This document shows, one piece after another, positions 1-13,100 of a DNA stretch of 64,000 nucleotides. Source of the DNA: Styela clava (taxonomy: Eukaryota). The stretch spans positions 18,848,001-18,912,000 of the forward strand of contig NC_135251.1 of NCBI RefSeq assembly GCF_964204865.1. Direction: 5' to 3'. The notes beneath the pieces are model-generated. The model did no database searches, was not told where the DNA came from, and was given only the letters and a program-made list of their open reading frames with translations. The position numbers and the translations under genes were made by a program. Each line of letters opens with the position of its first letter. Position 1 is the stretch's first letter.

Positions 1-878
1 AACTAACCCATCTACAAGACAATACACAACCTTTTATCGAAGTTTGTAACATTTACGTATCCATCAATTATAGTTTGAAGGCCATAAGTCATACTAATTT
101 GGTCCTTTTATTGGACCCGACCGTGAGCGTCGCGCAGAGGATAAGATTTACACCCAGGTTTTGATTTAACCAAAAAAACATACACGCAACCTACAGCGTT
201 CACTCGTAAACTTTTGAAACAAAAAACGCACGGTTCATCATGATGACTAGCTATATATTAGTTTACTTTTCTAGTGATAATACGACTGTTATAGCAATAT
301 TCGTGCGTATTCATCTGTTGATTGTGTACCAACATGCCTCGGCCTCCAGGCAATTTGCCGCAAAAATGTATCGGGGACCCTAGAGAAAATTTGAAATCGT
401 GTGTCAGCACATGTCGGTTTTTCGAAGTCATGTCGATCCCACATGTGTCATGTATCACACATCTGAATATCAGCTTTTATCTGAATCATCTCCTGAACTC
501 CTGATTTTTTTGACGAGGCCTGAATCGCTAACATCGCTCTCACAAACAAATGCCAAGTTAAAACTCCCTGAAGGACAGGCCATTCAAATAAACAATGGTT
601 TTATAGAGAATATTTGGAATCATATACACTAAAATTGAGCAAAAATGTACACAGATTGGCATTCGAAATAGTTCATTGAAAGCAAAGAAGATATTTTATC
701 ATTGGAAAAAACTTAAAAATATAATATTTCTTCCAGGAAGATATAAAAATATCAGCAGCATATATGGCAAAGACAGTACAAGTTGCTAATAGAACCAATA
801 ACTGAAAATATTGGTTTGTTAGGGAGAGATATTATGATAATTATATTGAATATCTAGAGATCCATGAATACTTTTTAG

Positions 879-987
879 GGCACTCCAGAAGTATGTGCAT
901 CAAATGGCGCACAACCTGAACCCTAAGCTGATACACATACTGTGTTCAGGTTGTGTGCCATCTTGGTGCACATACTTCTGGAGCTCC
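879..987. mobile_element. Short internally deleted copy of the Merlin-like MITE
   Basis: GGCACTCCAGAAGTATGTGCA ... TGCACATACTTCTGGAGCTCC hairpin. Confidence 0.7.
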
Positions 988-1129
988 TTATATAGACGTA
1001 GATCCAGTTTTAATACCAGGGTGGAGTTCAAATTGCACATCTTAATTTTTTTATCAGTATATGTCAGTAAAAAAGAAACTTGGAATAACCAACATTTATC
1101 TTCCAAATACTTCATTCAAATTGTTTACG

Positions 1130-1135
1130 TTTATT
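1130..1135 (-). terminator. Candidate polyadenylation signal (AATAAA) of MED1
   Basis: TTTATT on the + strand about 50 nt past the MED1 stop codon. Confidence 0.45.
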
Positions 1136-1182
1136 GTAATGAACATATGCGGACACATTTCATCTCTCTAATGCCTCAAGAT

Positions 1183-4100
1183 TTATGTCACAGCTTGATT
1201 CATCAACTCATCATCTGGTATATATGGACTGGATAAAGCTGGACTCAGCGATGGAGACAAAGTAATATTTCGAGGAGTTGGAGCTCTCTTTGATCCTTGC
1301 AGAATACTAGAACTTTTCTGCATTGCAGGGGTTGGTGAAAGAGGGGTTGGCATTGCAGCACGTTCGGGAGATTGTCTCTCATTCAAACTTCTTCCCTGAG
1401 TAATTTGAAACAATAAATTAATGAGGCTAAGGGAATTTGAATAATCAACATAGGTTTTTAAGTTACATTTTACAAACTTTATGCACACGTCCAAAATATG
1501 CTGGTTGGGTTTCGAAAATATCATCCTTAAAAAGCAGAAGAAACTCAAATCCCTTTTGCAAAATCATAGTTAGCATTTGGCAATCACATTTTTGATGCTC
1601 TAAATCAGGGCTCTTCAAACTGGGCATCCCGACATACCGGTGAGTCACGAAAGGGCTCAATTGGGGTCGCGGTAAAATCTTTCTCGACACCAACTTATGT
1701 TAAAACAAAATAGTAATCAAATGTGAACACTTTTCAACCAATAATGTAATCCAGATCACAGAAATAGAGCCAAGATGCTAGTGGACTCATTAAAGGTATT
1801 GTCAACTTTATTATTTTTTTTAAATATTTCTGTACTGTTAAATTTTAGTTTATTGTTATTTGAAAATTTGGCCGTGGGAAGTGTGTAGTGATGAAAAATT
1901 GTTTCTTTTTCCTTCTCAAACTTTTTTTATGTCACAAATAGTTTTAACCGTTTTGAGCATATGTAAGTTGTGCTTTCGCTTCAAAGATTAATCTTAGGAT
2001 TTTTTAACCAAATACTGCATGTACTCGGCATCCGGCACTCTAGTTGGGATTAATGTCTTAGATTGAGTCATGTCAGAGATTGAGGTTTGGGCCAGTGATT
2101 GAGGCCTTGTTCAGAGAAAAGCTGAAAAAGATTTCAGTAGTTTTTCTAAATAAAAAACAGATGAAAAAAATATAAACCAATACCGATATGAAGACAGGTG
2201 TCTGTTCATCTCTGATTTGAGTCAACGTTGAGCTACCTTGAGTAGAAGATGCAGCATCATCGATTATCATCAACCTATCATCAGGTGACTGAGGACTTCC
2301 AGAGGGAATGGGAGTAGAAATGCGAGAGTGGGTAGGGCTTGGCCGGTGCGGACTACGGCCCGATATAATAGCTGGTAAAATGAGCAAAGGTTACAGCTTC
2401 CGTGAAAAAATTGGGTTTTGTGAGATTAAGTTTCATTATTTAATGGAGAAATCACCTATTAAATTGCAGAGAACTATGTATGTAATGGTCAACAATCATT
2501 AATTTACCTTTTCCAACTTTATCATCGATGCGAGTAAGTGGCGACGTTGTTCGTTGAATCTGAGGTGATGATGTTCGTTTCGAATTAGGTGAAATAGAAG
2601 GTGCTACAAAATGTTGATCTGATCCAGGTGCGGATTTTCTGGCAAAACCGATAGCAACAGGAGTCGGTGAAGTTGAAAGAGATTTTGAGAAACTTGAAGA
2701 CGGAGGATCTATTGATGATGCAGAACTCGGTCTTGCGGGAAGACCTGAAAAATTTGTAAAAAGGAAATGAATATTGAAATTTTCACATTAAAATCCATGA
2801 CTTCCATTTTTCGTTGCAGTGTTTTTATTTTCATTCTGAACAAGGGTTACGAAAAGCAACGATTGACAAATAAGATTGTCATATTCTCTTTTCATGGAAT
2901 AGCGAGTATACTGTGAGCTTTCGCAGATCATAGTCTAACACAAGGGTGGGCGAAGTTGTTTCTAAGGGCGGCATTCAGAAAATCTTTTTGTTAAGGGCTG
3001 CATTGAGAAATTGACTGCGATGTACAGTTACTATGCTTATTTGTTATAGTGTCATATTTCATGGTGGCTGACATTGTTTGAACCAGAGATGAAAAAAACA
3101 TTAGTGATTGATATTATAACAATTCTTAGTTTAGAAAATTTAAATGGATTTTGTATTATTACTCAAATACTATCTCGTTCACGCATCTTTGTGGCAATGG
3201 CTACATACTAATTTGAAGTAGAAAATAGACAAGGAGAAATAACTTGCGCACATTGATACATAAGTAACTGTGTTTTTTAAAGACTCACAACTTTCAATGC
3301 AGTTAACCCGCTAAAAACCATTGTGCCTACATTGCAGGAAACAAAAACTTACGGTAGATAATACTACATAAATTCAGGCTGTAGCAAGTAAAATATAGAT
3401 GTCCCTCATGAAATGAAATTCAAAAAACCTGAAAAATGACTTTCTAACAAAATCTTCGATTGTAACAGGACTTGATGAACACCATTGATATCTAACACAG
3501 ACTAATTCAGACAGCAGAGCTTTAAAACAATTCTTGCATCCAACTCATTTTCTGGTCAATATCAGTAGAAAAAGTGCAAACTTCTCACCCCCTATAGAAG
3601 GATTTCTCAGAGGTGACTTTTTAACAGGTGGCGGAGTTCCTGCAGAGTTGGATCCAGAAAGTTTGGCAGATAACTGTCGTGCAGCTAAATCAGATGAGAG
3701 AGTTTTGGTCAGCATTTGCGAAGGTGATTTTCTTTGAATTGGGCTACTGCCCACAGGAACAGACGTTGGTGTGATGCTTCTGACTTTGGCTGGTGGCGGA
3801 TTCCGTGGAACTTTAGCTAGTGTGAGTAAGAATAGTTAGTAAACATAATTCAATATTCAGGAATGAAAAACATCCAGTATGCTATATGATAGTAATATTT
3901 GAAGATATTTTGAATTCCTATCTGGTAAAACCATGTTTGTCTCTAGGAAATTGAACACAGAAATGTTGGAAAAAGAAGAAACCTTCCCGGCATTAACAAA
4001 CAACGTCACCCTGAATTTTATTAACCATTATTTAGTCAAGCCCCAGGTATCAGATTTCTTTATGTAAAGTGTTTTCACTTTTCTTACTACTTGTAATATT

Positions 4101-7100
4101 GCCTTCACTTGATCGTTGAATATATTGTAAGTATGATGATTTATGTAAGTCTAAAAGTAACAAATATCAGCTCTCGAGGGTTGTTTTTAATGAGATATTT
4201 CCCACTCCATACACGAGAGCTGCTATTTTCCAAAGCGCCAAATATTTTTGTTTCAGCATTGCCAACCCATATTACTATTACTCTCTGGGTAAAATGTTTG
4301 AAATGGGGTTTGAACCCAGATCCTAGGCTTTCAATTTTCACATAAAAAAACATTGAAGACACTCACGAGCCCCAACTTTGTTCAATGGTGCAGGTGCATG
4401 CATTGTTGGACCTTTCGCCGCCGTTGCAGCAGCAGCTTGATTAACAAATTTCAAAACTTTTTCCATATCAGATTCTCCTTGTGTCTTCATCCCTGATGGA
4501 AGTTCCGTAACTTGGGGACGTCCTGTTTTGGCAGTAAAGCCTCCTTTAAGCATAGTGTTGAGATTAGGATTTATTTTGCTAATTAGGCTCTTTGCATGAC
4601 CTAATGGCTTGGGAATTGTTCCACTTTTTATGTTTTTTTCTTCTGTGCTTCCCTGTGGAAGTTTACTCATGATGCTTCCTGGTGGTTTCTGATATGGAGA
4701 ATTTGAAAGCAATGACTTTGATTTTGTCAGTAAATTACTGTTTGCGTCTTTTTCGAATGATTGTTTGCCTGAATCTGTGAAAAGTAAAAAATAAATAAAG
4801 TAACATTTCTTTTAAAGTGTTGGGAAAATGGTTGCAGACTACCTTGCCCTCGCAATGCACATCAGATATGCTAAAGAGCATGCAACATTTATTAAAAAAG
4901 TCAAATCTGAACATTGAGATATATTCGTAATGAACTGTACGAATACCATCAGAAAAAATGCCATTTTTATACGCCCGCCGAGCTTACGTGAAATATTGTT
5001 CAACAGATTTTATTTCTACCTTTTTGCGATCTAGATAGCGCTAATTTAGGTCATTATCAGAGTTCAAGCACGTGTTTATCGTAACAATTCAATTCTACCA
5101 GTATATATATCAATTATAGGTACCGGTGTTAGGATTACATTGGGCAGTAATTTAAGTTATCAGCCATATAGGAAAGCTTAAAGATGACAGAGATCAAACG
5201 AAAACTAGATTCAGAAAACTAACGTTTCTTGGATAAATGGCAGTGTTCGTATTTCTCCATTGAAAAGTATCAAACTTCAGAGATTTGTCTTCTTTGCCAA
5301 CGAAGTATTCCAATTTTGAAGGAATACAACATTAAGCGCCATTATGAGTCAAACAAACATGTTTCAAAAAAATGGCAAAATGAAAGTGAATCCACTTTTG
5401 GGCGCTACATTCTTCCGGCCCGCGAACATCTTTCCGATTCTGAATTTGGCCCGCGGCCAATAAAGTTTGGGAACCCCTGGTCTAATGCTTTAACCATTAG
5501 GCCACTGCGCATCAAAATATTGAATAGTTCACAGAAAAAAATATCGTTCATTACGTATTTGGTTAGGATACCCAAAACCAGTCAAATATTTTAATATATA
5601 TTGCGAATTATCCATGTTTAATACAGTAAACTCATAGTTTGAGAAATGGTGCAAAATAATTTTTTTGAGAAGAATTATATTTTTTGGCAACTGATATTCA
5701 ATGGACAGACAAATATCACTGATTATATGCTTGCTATGATATTTACCTTGAATTGATGGAGATGACACACCTGGAATGTTAGTTGACATTTTGTCTGATG
5801 CCAATTTTGTGACAATATCTTCGATTGAGTTTTTTCGAGCACGTTTTTGAGCCATCACTCCAGCACCTCCATTCCGAGGTGAAACTGAGCCAGGATGCTG
5901 AAATATTTGAGCTTGAAGTTAGTACAGTGAAAAAAGGTTTTATGATAATGAACTTATTTATTTGATGCTTTTCATGACTTTTACTCCGAAAAAAACTCCT
6001 GTACAAAAACTCAGCAATATATATTTCTGGGGAATTTCATAAGAAAATGAAAATTCAAAATAATGCATGCAAATTGAAATTTTATAAAATTGCATGAAAA
6101 ATAACTTAACCCCTGAAAATTACAGTTTCAACTTACTTTACCAAGTTGATAACCTTGTTGATTCTTATCTGCAGATGTAATACTACTGGAAGATGATTGA
6201 GGACCAAATGATTGTTTACTCTGGAATGGCGTTTTTCCTATAACTGAATAGAAAGCAAAAGCTCAATATTTATGGATGTGTGTTTATGGAAGTGTTGTTC
6301 GTCCTGAAAACCGTCCTAAAGGTTGAAGTTTTAGACATGACATCGCAGGTTAAAATGTTTTGTTTAATCCCATGCCCATGACCTTAACCAGAGGTGAGCA
6401 ATGTCAAACAGAAAAGATTCCAGTCCTTTCCGAACTTGAGTAGCCCCATATCTAGCAGTAACTGCTCCTGAAGAGCTTTGTTTGAGATGGAAGGCATGAA
6501 AATTTGTCATATAACAAAAAAACATTGTGTGCGAAGGCTTATTACTTTGGATAAAGTTCACAGGTTCAACTCCCAAGCTCAACAACTAATGCAAGTTGTA
6601 ATGAATTTGGAAGGCAATGTCGAACTGGAAAGGTTCCATCTAGTCTTTCCAAAAACTGGAACTCTATAAGACTTTAGGTGCTGCTCCTAAAAAGCCTTGT
6701 TCGGAGTCAAAAACTCCTATAAAAAATCAAAAAGTCGTACGACAGTCATACAACACAAAGCAGAAAATAACACATTTTTTCCCCATATATCTAACAAATG
6801 AGAAAAAATTCGAGTACACAATTAAAAAGTAAAACTACCTTTCTTTTTCTTTCTACTCTGTAGTTCTTCTTGTGATTTGAGATATTTTTCAATATCACTA
6901 AGAATTGACATTGGTGTTCCAGATAACCCGGTACTGCTAGTTGTGGTTGGTGCATTAGTTGTGTTGTTGTTGCTTGTCCCAATACTTGTAATCGACGTAG
7001 CGGGAACAGGTATGGGATTGATGCCAGTCTGATTCTCTGTTGAAAAAATAACATGTTTTATATCTTAATCATCACATTAATACTATCTTGTTCAAGCATA

Positions 7101-10100
7101 CTTAAGGCATCGAAATCCAATTTAGGGAGTATACATCGAGAAAGAACCTTAGGTACTCCTGTAGTGTGTGTATCAGGTTCAGGTTAAGCCATAATTTTAT
7201 TCCGATTTTCCTTATTTCTAGTTCTAATACGAGTTCAGGGACTGTTTGTGTTAGTCAAGTGAATATACCCCCTGCCCACAGGTTTGAGTCCCTTTACACA
7301 ACTTGACATAAAGTAGGCAAACAAAATTAGTTCCCACCATATTGGTACACACACTTCTGGAGCGCAGAACCTTAAGTTCAAAACAAAATATCCTAGTAAT
7401 TTTTAAATATATATCGCTGATTTATATTCTTTGTCTGTAAATGGCAGTGATGAGTAGCCATATGTGTTATTAAAATGGAGTAATATTGATCTGCGAAAAA
7501 CACACTGATTCCTATTAATACACAGATCTAAAATTAATATATGTAGTCCTATATTGTGACTCACTCTGCGGTAGTGCTGATCCAAGCAATGGTTTAGTTT
7601 TGGTTGTTGATGATATAGGAGCCCCAGTTGATGACAGTTGTATGTTTAACATGATTGGTGGATTTGCATTTGGGTCATCACTTTGTGGTCCGCCTCCTTC
7701 ACCCTTCTTTTTCTTACCTTCAAATAAATATTGATATGAATACCAGCGTACTCAGTGGAAGCCTTTGCTCTTATTCTCCAGAGATCCACTCCTCTTGAAT
7801 AAAAATTGACATCAGTTTTTAATCAATAGTTCCGAAATAGGCAAAGCGAGGAGAGGAATTTATCGAAAAAGGTTGGAATCTATAATAATAATCTTGAATC
7901 TGAAATTTTTATTCCTAATTCCCATTATTTTTTCACCATGCTATATCTGGCGGATCATAGCGAGTTTTTTAGTTAAAATTTTTTACATATAAAATCCCCA
8001 AAACAAAACATGCAATAATTAATAAAAGTAAAGAAAAATAATTGCAAATTCATGAATAACCACTGAAATATCTAGAGCAGGGGTGGCCAACCTGCTTTCG
8101 AGCATGATTGACCAAATATTCAAAATAGCTCGCAATCTGACTGATCGATTATAAGGTCATACACAAAAACGATGAGTACTGAATATGCAGCAAACTGCAT
8201 GCACGCATACATATCGACGTGTTGGCCATACCTGATCTAGAGCTACTAAAACAATACAGTATTATGATAGTGCATTACAAGATGTGAATAATGGTTGGGA
8301 GTTCTAAATAATGATTTCCCAAATCTTAACTGATTATGTAAGATATTATAATCTTGTTTTCGAACATAGTTTCTTGCATATAATAACATACAACTACCAT
8401 ATGACATTCTTTCCATGATATCTGAGTGCATGTCTGAACAACATATACTAACTTTTTTTACTTTCTTTCATTTTCTGCCTCAACTTCGCTGGTAAATTTG
8501 CCATCTTCATAAAAAAATAACATACGTCACAAATAGCATATAACTCATAAATAAGTCCTGTTGCAAATAAAGATAAATGTATTTCTGTAACCTTCTGTCT
8601 GACAGAGGAAAGATAGGGAGTTAAGTTGGTCTTGAGTAAACTCCTAGTTACATCACAAATTGGATGCCAAAAAATTTAAGATATGAATATTGATCATTCG
8701 ATATGAATGGTTTAAGGAGTGAAATAGATTTGTTAGATATGGTAATACGAAATTGAGACTAACCAAAAGCAGAATTCTGCAATACTAAGTTATTCAGTTA
8801 CAGACAGTCCTAACAACCAAACTTCCCTTAAAATTAAATCAAAGAAGGTACTCAAAGCCTATTACGGTTCTGAAATGTGAACTGAGTAAAATTTCTACTC
8901 AAATCTCTATAAAAAGACTTTGAATTTGTAAACATGACCTCTATCTATTTTATATATGTAACCTGGTTATTATTCTGGCTCAACAAATCAATAAGACATG
9001 AATGAAGAATTGCCTAAACAATGAAAACTAAAGCTACAACTCCATACAAGTTCTGTAACAGTTAATACATGAAGCATTAAATATACATTCATCCTATGCT
9101 GAAATATCAAAATGCTTAAAGCTGTTCAATTCAAAAGACATTGTAATTTCATGCTCATACGACGCTACAAACAAGGTCCTGTACAAGCATACACTAATAG
9201 GCGAAGAGCTTTTTTATTTGGAGATACGAGAATCTTTCTGGCTACATAATTTGCTACATGGGTGAGTTGGTTTCATTGTTTTGAAATTTCCTATACCAGG
9301 TTATCCTGTACCTCCATGATCTTTGACAGAAGGTGGACGTCCTCGCTTTTTAGCCGGCGCTTTTCCTTCATCATTTTTACTCGAATTTCTTCTTCTCACT
9401 GCCTTTTCATTCTTGGTATCTCCTGATCTTCCCTGGGAGATAAATTGAAATACTAGATTGAAATAACAGGGAATACAATCATATAAAACAAAATGATTTC
9501 GCACACGTGATAGGCCAGCAGGAGTGTCAAAATGACTTAAACATCCAAATCAAATTCTAAAATACCTATATTTAAAGAAGTTTCATAGAATAAAAAAGCC
9601 TTCATTTGCTTTCTGACAACTGTAAAACATCTCACTCAGCTCAGAAATTAGGGATATTAATGTTTGAGTGAAGTGACAGGCAACCACTGGTCAGTCTGGC
9701 AATTGCACAGTTTGGACAGTTTACCATGTGTTCATAAATATATATTACAATTAAAAATATTACTAAATAACTAAAAAGTATCAATAAAACGACCCCAATT
9801 ATTAAGTAAAATATTCGCCCTGGGGAGGAATTCCCCACACGGTTGGGGAAACGTGGTTGTCACGAAAATTAAGCGCAAAATCGTGCATTAGCAAATTTCG
9901 ATTGCTGTGAAACCTTGAGGCAGTTCATGTCAAAACGACCAGAATAACAGGTAAATAGTGAATTCAACATAACAGAATTTCAACATATTTGAATTGATGG
10001 ATTGTTCAGTTCTGGCATATCTAAAGACTTGACAAATGTCTTGGCTATATCAGTATTCCAGGTAAGACGGATATTAAAAAATGGATCAAACCGCACTAGA

Positions 10101-13100
10101 TAGATATCCATCATAATATACAAGCTCAAATTGTCTCAGTGACTACTGTACAAAGCCTTGTTAATGAAGAAGATAAAAAAAAATTAGCCATCTTGAGGAA
10201 TCATCACGGTTTTTCACTGTTTTTGCAAATAAAACTAGAACTCACAGGTGTGGTGCTTCCTGGTTTATCGACGGCGTTTTGTCGTACTAGTCCTTTGTCT
10301 GGCATTGTTGTTATTGATGTAGAAGTCATTAGTTTGTTTGGCAAATCAAACAAAGAATGATTTGAAGTCGAGGATTGCACTAAAGACGTCAAGTTTGGCA
10401 TCAAACCTTTGTGAATATGACAATAAACAGATTAATTATCGAGACAAACATATGTTAATTTTGCAATATTCTGTCAATGGCAATGGAGTCTAAAGTCAGA
10501 GTTAAAGTTTGGCATGTTTTTATTGATAATCGAGTCAGAGCCACACTTGTGTATTTAAATGTATGCTAAGTATGGGTGGCACGATAGCGGTTAAACTCAA
10601 CTGTGGTGGCTTTACAGTTCCGTTCCTCTGGTACAAATCCTATACTCTCATACAGTCACTGGGTGTAACAAATTGGGTAGAATCTCTAATTAGAAAGATT
10701 ACGGCCTTCCGAATAATAGTAGCTCATGTATCATTATGTAATATATCATGTATGTAAGTATTCAAGTATGTTCGTATTTAAGTCAACTAGAAAATCCTCA
10801 TTTCTGTGGGAAGTTACAATTTTGAATCACTTGAAATGGAATTTCAGATTTTTAATGGTGATAAAAGTAGCCTATTTTTCAGCAGAAATTCAAAAATCAT
10901 GAAGTTGACAAAGCATCCTCATACAATTAAACATAACCAGCATACGCAAAAGTCATTGGAATCAACATTTGGCCTCTTTGTTTACATGTCACTTATTCCC
11001 CCTTACGTTCTAAACAAGGGGCTACGGAAGCAACTACTGAAATCTAGTGATGTGTAAGCTACTATTTTTCGAAGGGCTGCAAATTTATTGGTTCGGCATT
11101 CGTTGCCCAATTTATTACAACTGGGGTGAGGTGGTGGGCGTGGGATTTGAACCCGAGATGTGTAACCTGGGATGCAAACAACCATGATCTACATACCTTG
11201 GGCAGAGCTTCCAGTTGGACGTTGAGTTTCTGGTTTGAAAGATAGATCTTCTGTAAGTGCCCGTAGTAATACTGGTTTACTTTTGGCCAACTCTTTCATT
11301 GCTTCATCTTTGTTAAAAAATTCAAATAAACTTTTTGTTAATGGGTATTTTCAAAGTAAAATTTGTTATATATACATATATAATAGATAGATAATTTATC
11401 CATTAAGAAGTACAAAGTGACCAAAAAAAATAGAACTCATGCCATTTTGAACATATTGAAGGGTCAAATAAATTTTCTTTATCTTTGTAAATAATTGATA
11501 AATTTTATTGATTTGTTTATAATTGATAAATTTTATTGATTTGTTTATAATTGATAAATTTAAGGATTCTTTTTTTAGCATTCTGGTACAAGTACAGCTG
11601 TGCTATTTGTAAATATAGAATCTCAACTAATTGAATACCAATAACACTATCATTGTCCTAGTATGCCAATGATAAACTCCTATTAACATGAATCAAATAT
11701 GATGCATTTATATAATTCCAGAAAATAAGAATTGCACTAAAATAAAAAATTGATTACGAAAAATAGTATTTAATTAGTTATTGAGTTTGTTGAAAAAATG
11801 CAGGAACTGTTCCAATGACAGCAATGTGGATAACTTCAAGTTTGTTTTTATCAGAAATAATTCTAGATATTTATTATACATAAGCGGATATATTATTTGT
11901 GTTGTTTATATTATCCGTCGCAACAAAGAATAACCAGTTAGTAACTTGTTGGTGTCATTCTAATCCATCACGCTTAAAAAGCACTTTAATAAAATATAAC
12001 GTTCATTTTAGAATATCTCGCTCGTTAAAGTTTACATTATTACCAATGATTAGAAATCATTGTTTACTCACCTGTTGAGGTACTGTGATATAGAGGTGGT
12101 TTGTTACTACGTTGTGTAGATCCAGCGCCGACCGTAGTTTCTGTCATACTGATTTTTGAAGGGTTTCTGAATGATGTTAAGAAAAAAGTGTATAAGTGTA
12201 TATACCATATAAAAGATCGCTGGCATAAATTTCCAAATATACCAGAATTTTCTTTGCGACTCAACTATCAGATGATTCTTTCAAGCAATATATCAGTACA
12301 CTTAACAAAAACTACATATACTTACTTGTTGTCATCAAATGTAAATGGATCAGCCTCAGGATCTTGCATTGATCCAGCACTGAGTGGAAAATTCATCGAT
12401 AATCCCCCAGGTGACATAGATGGTAACGGCGACCGAAATAACTCACTCTGATGGCTATCGAATGATTTGACCCTCGAACCCTAAAGGAAAAATGTAAACA
12501 AAAAAATTCTAAGTACAATATAATACAGGGTGGGGGAGTAGATATCGGAGAGCGGGTGGACTTCGGCTCTGGAGAGTTTAATAATACGATGCTGAAATCC
12601 CACTCCATAAAATTTATTTAAATATAATCACATGAAATAGCAAAGTACCTAATCGTCTACTTCTATCTACTATGTGTATGAAATTATATTAATAAGGTTT
12701 CACTATTTTAAAGTTAGTTATAAACTAAATAGTATACACTCACCCTCTGATTATTACCAGAAGCATCAAACATTGGTGGAGATCCCAGAGTCATCTGTAA
12801 TAGAAATTACAATGAATCCCAAAAAGTATTACAGATTCTAAGTTGAAAAAGGAATAGTAAGTCGAATAGCATTTTAAAATAATATATTTGAATGCATAGG
12901 GAATATTGAATATATTCTAAATATGTTTAATAGACAAATTGGTACTCCTGTAGTATGTGAACAAAGATGGCGGACACCGAATCGTAGTATGTGTACCAGA
13001 TTAGGGTTAGGCCATAATTTCAGGTACAAATACTACGGGAGTCACTTGGCTAGTCCCTGAACTCGTAATAGAACGAAAATAGGGAAAATTGGAATAAAAT

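Noticed and set aside
258-583. Acidic and Cys-containing short frames suggestive of a decayed piggyBac transposase
   Set aside because: No TTAA-flanked TIR or diagnostic motif could be identified within the window.
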